NCBI GenBank assembly: GCA_964457225.1
Contig: CAYWEM010000012.1
Span: 15,434-79,433 of the forward strand
Direction of reading: 5' to 3'
Origin: an uncultured Clostridia bacterium
GTDB lineage: Bacteria; Acidobacteriota; Aminicenantia; UBA2199
Length of the DNA stretch: 64,000 nt
Shown here piece by piece: positions 59,375 through 64,000 of this stretch. The notes beneath the pieces are model-generated. The model saw only the letters and a list, made by a program, of their open reading frames with translations. It was not told where the DNA came from and did no database searches. The position numbers were made by a program, and so were the translations under genes. Position 1 is the stretch's first letter. Each line of letters opens with the position of its first letter.

Positions 59375-59887
59375 TTATTTCTTGTACTTGGTATCGTAGA
59401 TCTTGATAATCTCTTCGGTGACGTCGATGCCGGCGCTGAAATAGGAAACTCCGGCTGTACTCAGGTCAAGGATAATCGTATAACCATGGGTTTTGCCGAA
59501 TTCCTCGATGATCGGCATGAGCTCGCGCTGCAACTGGGTCATTTCCTTCTGGTATTCACGCTGGAAATCCCGCTGAGCGTCTTCGACGATGCGCTTGTGC
59601 TGGGTTTGCTTGCTCTGCACTTCAGTCATTCTCTTTTCCAGGGTTTCCTGGTTCCAGGTCATGCGCTTGGTGTTGATTTCCGATTCCAGGTTCCTGATTT
59701 CTCTTTCCAGGCCCTCAATTGTCTTCTGCTTGTTTTCCCCGAATGCCTGCAGTTTCTGCTGAACTTCCTTGCCCCGAAGGGAATCACTGATCACTTTCTC
59801 GGGATTGATGAGACCGATTTTGACCTGAGACCAGGTCAGCAGGGGCAACATGGCCAGCATAACCAGGACGATGAGTGCTTTTTTCAT
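59375..59887 (-). CDS. skp: Periplasmic chaperone Skp/OmpH
   Basis: 170 aa. Signal peptide. Coiled-coil-rich OmpH family composition. Confidence 0.8.
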   Translation of the reverse strand: MKKALIVLVMLAMLPLLTWSQVKIGLINPEKVISDSLRGKEVQQKLQAFGENKQKTIEGLEREIRNLESEINTKRMTWNQETLEKRMTEVQSKQTQHKRIVEDAQRDFQREYQKEMTQLQRELMPIIEEFGKTHGYTIILDLSTAGVSYFSAGIDVTEEIIKIYDTKYKK

Positions 59888-59904
59888 TTTTTTTCTCCTT
59901 TATA

Positions 59905-62214
59905 TCAATAGAATGATGGTCCAACGGCAAAACGGAACTGGAAGTGCGATTCTTCCTCGAATATCTTCCTTGGATTGTAAGCGAAAATCAAACGGAAAGG
60001 TACGTTCAGCATGGGCACGAAAACTTTGAGTTCAAGACCGGTGGAGGAATACATGTTTCTCAGGTTCAGGCGGTCGCCGGCATTGTAGGCATTACCGATG
60101 TCGTAGAACAGGACGAAGGCGATCTGCTCGGAAACGGGGATCTGGTACTCAATGTTCATGTATGCGGCCCAGTCTCCTCCATAAAAGCTATCCTCGGTCC
60201 TGGGAGGAATCTGGTAAATGTCGAAACCGCGGATTGACCTTTCACCGCCCAGGAAGTACTTCTCGTAAAAAGGCACTTGGCGGCCGCCGAAGGCGCTTAT
60301 GCCCTGGTAAACCAGGTGCAGGCCGAGCACGTGTCTTTTCCAGAGCGGCTGAAACTTGACAAACTCGAACTTGTACTTGTGCATGAAGACGTCACCGCCG
60401 AGTATCCCCCCGGTGTAGCGGTAATTGAGCAGGTACTTGACCCCCCGGCTGGGAAACACGGGGGAATCAACGGTCGAATAGTATATGGTCGGCGCGATAC
60501 CGGAAATGATTCTTTTGCCCTCCAGGTAATAGAGGTAAGCCATGGGATCGTATTTGATGTATTCCTCGTTGATATCGTCGATGGCCACCCGCTCAAGACT
60601 GTAGGTCAGGTTGAAGCCCCAGTAACGCCAGAAGCGGAAGGCGGTCATCAGGTTGAGGCCTTCCCCGTCCCTGGTGTACATGTAGGGGATGCGAAAAGTG
60701 GACTTGAAGAGGTCAAAGCCCAATGAAGCCGGCAAATTGAACAAATACGGCTCGTTGAAGGCCAGCTGGTAGTTCTTGGATCTGGTGCCGGTCTGCAGGT
60801 TCAGGGTCAGCGATTCGCCCATGCCCATGAAATTCTGGGTGGAATAGCCCAGGGCCACGAAAAGACCGTCGTAGCCGCTGTATCCGACGTTGAAATTGAT
60901 CATCTGGCGGTTGAGTTCCTTCACTTCCACCTTGATGTTCAGTTTCTGGGGATCCTGGGGATCCGGCTTGATTTCAGGCATCTTGTCGATGGTCACCAGG
61001 CCCAGTTGTTTCATCCTGGTTATGGAATGTTCGAGAGCGTTGGAATTCAGCCGGACGCCTTCACGCAGGAACCACTCGCGCCGGAGCACGTGATCTTTGG
61101 TGAAAGTGTTGCCGATGAACTCGAGTTTGCCCAGGTAAACCACCTCGTTCTCCTGAATGTTCAGGGTCAGGTCAGCCGTCTGCTTAACCGGATCAAGGTT
61201 TTCCCGGGGTGCTATCTGGCAGTAGAAATAGCCCAGGGAGCCGTAAAACTTCTGCATTTCCTCAATAGCTTTATTCCGCTTGCGGATGTCGTAGACTTTG
61301 CCTTTTTCGATCTTGACGAAGCTTTTCAGAAACTCGGTCTTGACGATCTGGTTGCCCTCGATGCTCAGTTCGTTCATGGTATAGCGGGGCCCGGGCTCAA
61401 CCGGAATGCTGAGCTGCATCATTTTCTGAGCCGTGCCGAAGGCGTTCTTGCGGTTGATCAGTGAAATTTCAGGCTGTCCCACCCTGGCTTCAAGGAAACC
61501 CTGCTCCTGGAGCCTGAGCCTGACTTCTTCCAGGTCCTCCTGGATTTTCTCGCGGTTGTAGACATCCTTGCCGGCTATGGTCGACAGAATGTTGTGCACC
61601 TGGTTGTTCTTCATGCCCCGGCGCAAGCGTCCGGCCCTGACCTGGCTGTCGAGGCCTGGGAAAATCACCCGCCCGATCCTGGTCTTGGGGCCGGGATCGG
61701 CTTCTATGGTCAGTTCGACCTGGTCATTGACCCTGTTTTCAATGACCCTGACTTCGGCGTCATTATAACCCTTGTCCTGGAACAGGGCCAATACCGTGGA
61801 TTCGATGCGGCGCATCCGCGAGGGGTTGAAATAGGAAAAGGGCTGAATCGTTATGTTCTGTTCCTTGAGCTTGTCGACTATGTCGCTTTCCTTTACTTTT
61901 TTTCCGGTTTTGTAGGTCACCGAGGCGATCAGGGGGTTCTCACGCACGCTGACGTAGACAATTTTGCCTTCGCCGCCGTCTTTGGAACTGAAACGGATGT
62001 GTTCAAAAAAACCGGTGTCCCAGAGAGCCCGGAAGTCTTCCTGAAGTCTTTCGCGATTATAAGCCCCGCCTGGACGGGACTTCATGTAGAATTGGATGGT
62101 ATCGCGCGAAACTTTCTGGTTTCCTTCGATCTCGATTTTTTCAATCAACTGGGCATTGACCGGAACGATCAAAGCGCAAAAAAGAAGAACTGCTAGCAAA
62201 ATAAATCTAGTCAA
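59905..62214 (-). CDS. bamA: Outer membrane protein assembly factor BamA
   Basis: 769 aa. Signal peptide. Five POTRA-like repeats plus C-terminal Omp85 beta-barrel ending in an aromatic residue. Confidence 0.9.
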   Translation of the reverse strand: MTRFILLAVLLFCALIVPVNAQLIEKIEIEGNQKVSRDTIQFYMKSRPGGAYNRERLQEDFRALWDTGFFEHIRFSSKDGGEGKIVYVSVRENPLIASVTYKTGKKVKESDIVDKLKEQNITIQPFSYFNPSRMRRIESTVLALFQDKGYNDAEVRVIENRVNDQVELTIEADPGPKTRIGRVIFPGLDSQVRAGRLRRGMKNNQVHNILSTIAGKDVYNREKIQEDLEEVRLRLQEQGFLEARVGQPEISLINRKNAFGTAQKMMQLSIPVEPGPRYTMNELSIEGNQIVKTEFLKSFVKIEKGKVYDIRKRNKAIEEMQKFYGSLGYFYCQIAPRENLDPVKQTADLTLNIQENEVVYLGKLEFIGNTFTKDHVLRREWFLREGVRLNSNALEHSITRMKQLGLVTIDKMPEIKPDPQDPQKLNIKVEVKELNRQMINFNVGYSGYDGLFVALGYSTQNFMGMGESLTLNLQTGTRSKNYQLAFNEPYLFNLPASLGFDLFKSTFRIPYMYTRDGEGLNLMTAFRFWRYWGFNLTYSLERVAIDDINEEYIKYDPMAYLYYLEGKRIISGIAPTIYYSTVDSPVFPSRGVKYLLNYRYTGGILGGDVFMHKYKFEFVKFQPLWKRHVLGLHLVYQGISAFGGRQVPFYEKYFLGGERSIRGFDIYQIPPRTEDSFYGGDWAAYMNIEYQIPVSEQIAFVLFYDIGNAYNAGDRLNLRNMYSSTGLELKVFVPMLNVPFRLIFAYNPRKIFEEESHFQFRFAVGPSFY

Positions 62215-62308
62215 GGCCTACCTCGCTGGGGAAGAAAGCTCTTCAAACTTATACCATAAAGAGCGGCAAATATCAATTTCAGCGTCAAACCGGGCGCTGC
62301 GCCCCTGC

Positions 62309-63859
62309 TCACTCGGTCCGGAAACGATCAACCCTGGTTTTCAGATCTTCCGCCTGCTTCGACAGCTCTTCAGCAGTATTGGCCACTTCGCTGATGGCCT
62401 GGAAAGACTCTGAAAAACTGCCTATTATGCCCTGGATACTGCCGTTTACTTCTTCGATGGTGGCCGTTTCCTGGCCTATGGCCGCGGCCACCGAATCGGC
62501 CGCTTCGCTTATTTCCCGGCTGGCCGCGATTATTTCCTGGAGTATGGTCAGGGATTCGTTACCCAGTTGATTGCTCTTCTTCACTTCGCTGGAAGCGTCA
62601 CGCATGGCCCTGGTGGCCAGGGATGATTCCTTCTGCAGGCTGCCGATAATGGATGAGATTTCTCCGGTTGCCTTGGAAGTCCTTTCGGCCAGCTTTCGCA
62701 CTTCGTCGGCCACAACCGCGAAACCACGGCCGGCTTCTCCGGCCCGGGCCGCCTCGATCGCGGCATTCAGGGCCAGCAGGTTGGTCTGGTCTGACACGTC
62801 GTTGATCACCCTGACTATTTCCCCGATCTTCTCGGTGGATACATTGAGATTGCCCAGGATGCTTTCCAGCTTGCTGGTCTGGTTTTCCACCTGCTTCATC
62901 GAATTGATGGAATTCTGAATGGTCTCCGCCCCGGCGGTGGTTTTACTGGTGGATTCAAGCGCTGAGCGACGCATGTTTTCAACCGATTTCGAGATTTCCG
63001 ACGAAGTTGCCGTCATCTGGGTCATGGAGACCCCGACCGTGTGAACGTTGTTGTTCTGCTCCTTGGCCGAGGCGGCCAATTCTTCGGTGGTGGCCGACAT
63101 CTGGGTGGCCGCCGCGGTCACGCCCAGGGTGTTTTCCTTGATGGCCCGCACCAGCTCGAGTATTTTCCCGATAAAGCGGTTGAAACTTCCGCTGAGCCTG
63201 CCGACCTCATCATTGCTGGCCACGTTCAGGGTAACGGTCAGGTCTCCCTCTCCCGAGGAAATCTCTTCCATGACCGCGGTGGCCACGATCAGCGGGGCAA
63301 TGGCCCGGTTTATGATGTAAAAACCCAGCAGGCCCATGACCGCCAGTGCCAGCAATGAAAAGAGGGCCATCGAGATGGTGATCGAGCGCATGGCGCTTTC
63401 CATTTCCGCCAGGGAAATGACTATGGCCAGGGTGCCGAGCCGGTCGCCGCTTTCCTGGGCGATAACCGGCTGAGAAAAGAGCTGGGCGTTCTGCCCGGCA
63501 AGCTGAAAAGGTTCTATGCGTACTTCAACTCCGCTTTCACCCTCAAGCCGAACCGCGAATTCCCCGCCCATGGAGGCGATCAATTCCCGGTTGCCGTCGA
63601 AAACCCGGGCTGCCAGAATGGCGTTGTCCCTGGCCAGGTTGTTGAGATTGTTGTTGATGGCCTCGTTGTCTAGAAAGGTCAGAGGCATGACCAGGTTTTC
63701 AGCGGTAATAGCACTTATGGCCACACCTTTTTTTTCCGCTATCTGCCTGATATTGCCGGAAGATATTCTGAGCGTGATTACCAACAGCAGGCTGACGGCC
63801 AGAAAAAAGCAGAGCAACAGGGGACCGATGATTTTGATTTTCAAAGTATTGCTGCGCAT
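62309..63859 (-). CDS. Methyl-accepting chemotaxis protein (two TM helices, periplasmic sensor, HAMP, MCP signalling domain)
   Basis: 516 aa. Highly conserved MCP signalling region [33 protein letters not shown]. Confidence 0.88.
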   Translation of the reverse strand: MRSNTLKIKIIGPLLLCFFLAVSLLLVITLRISSGNIRQIAEKKGVAISAITAENLVMPLTFLDNEAINNNLNNLARDNAILAARVFDGNRELIASMGGEFAVRLEGESGVEVRIEPFQLAGQNAQLFSQPVIAQESGDRLGTLAIVISLAEMESAMRSITISMALFSLLALAVMGLLGFYIINRAIAPLIVATAVMEEISSGEGDLTVTLNVASNDEVGRLSGSFNRFIGKILELVRAIKENTLGVTAAATQMSATTEELAASAKEQNNNVHTVGVSMTQMTATSSEISKSVENMRRSALESTSKTTAGAETIQNSINSMKQVENQTSKLESILGNLNVSTEKIGEIVRVINDVSDQTNLLALNAAIEAARAGEAGRGFAVVADEVRKLAERTSKATGEISSIIGSLQKESSLATRAMRDASSEVKKSNQLGNESLTILQEIIAASREISEAADSVAAAIGQETATIEEVNGSIQGIIGSFSESFQAISEVANTAEELSKQAEDLKTRVDRFRTE

Positions 63860-64000
63860 AATACCTCCAATGCGGGCCGAATAGCAAAAGACGGATCAAG
63901 GTAATAGGATATATAAAAAAAATAAGATAAATTGTCAACCTTATTGTCTTTAAAATTTACGATCAATCCGGTAAAACAATTCAGCCTTAATCTGTAGTAG

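Noticed and set aside
62250-62300. Possible intrinsic terminator after the MCP gene (GGGCG-cag-CGCCC)
   Set aside because: The stem is only 5 bp and the downstream U-tract is poor. It is not convincing enough to call.

Overview
This 64 kb window is a gene-dense (about 90% coding), GC-rich (roughly 57%) chromosomal segment from a diderm bacterium. The proteins are fairly divergent, so I cannot name the lineage from sequence alone. Nearly all genes are core housekeeping genes arranged in tight, often overlapping operons. I see no transposase, integrase or CRISPR array.

I recognise three structured RNA genes with confidence:
- A type-A RNase P RNA (rnpB) at about 13806-14175 on the minus strand. 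It has the GGAGGAAAGUCCGGGCUC and ACAGAACCCGGCUUA P4 halves.
- A small 4.5S-type SRP RNA (ffs) at 8873-8973 on the minus strand, directly upstream of dnaX.
- tRNA-Ser(GGA) at 9943-10032 on the minus strand.

The most notable protein-coding content is:
- An MglB/MglA roadblock plus Ras-like GTPase polarity module placed directly after dnaX-ybaB-recR.
- A long minus-strand operon running DUF1844, TPR/zinc-ribbon polytopic membrane protein, membrane-anchored DUF4388 protein, ribF, a CstB-like persulfide dioxygenase-rhodanese fusion, and a split YeeE/YedE transporter.
- An outer-membrane/lipid A cluster (bamA-skp-fabZ-lpxA) that lacks lpxD and instead couples lpxA to a Gfo/Idh/MocA oxidoreductase.
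- Candidate non-coding RNAs in two long intergenic regions (3560-3880 and 54127-54285).
- A leaderless small-protein plus nucleotidyltransferase gene pair.

Promoters in this window are strikingly consensus-like sigma70 (TTGACA-17-TATAAT). Several genes appear leaderless or carry extended -10 (TGn) elements.

Every functional call is by my recall of protein and RNA family signatures from the translated ORFs or the nucleotide sequence. No database search was possible.
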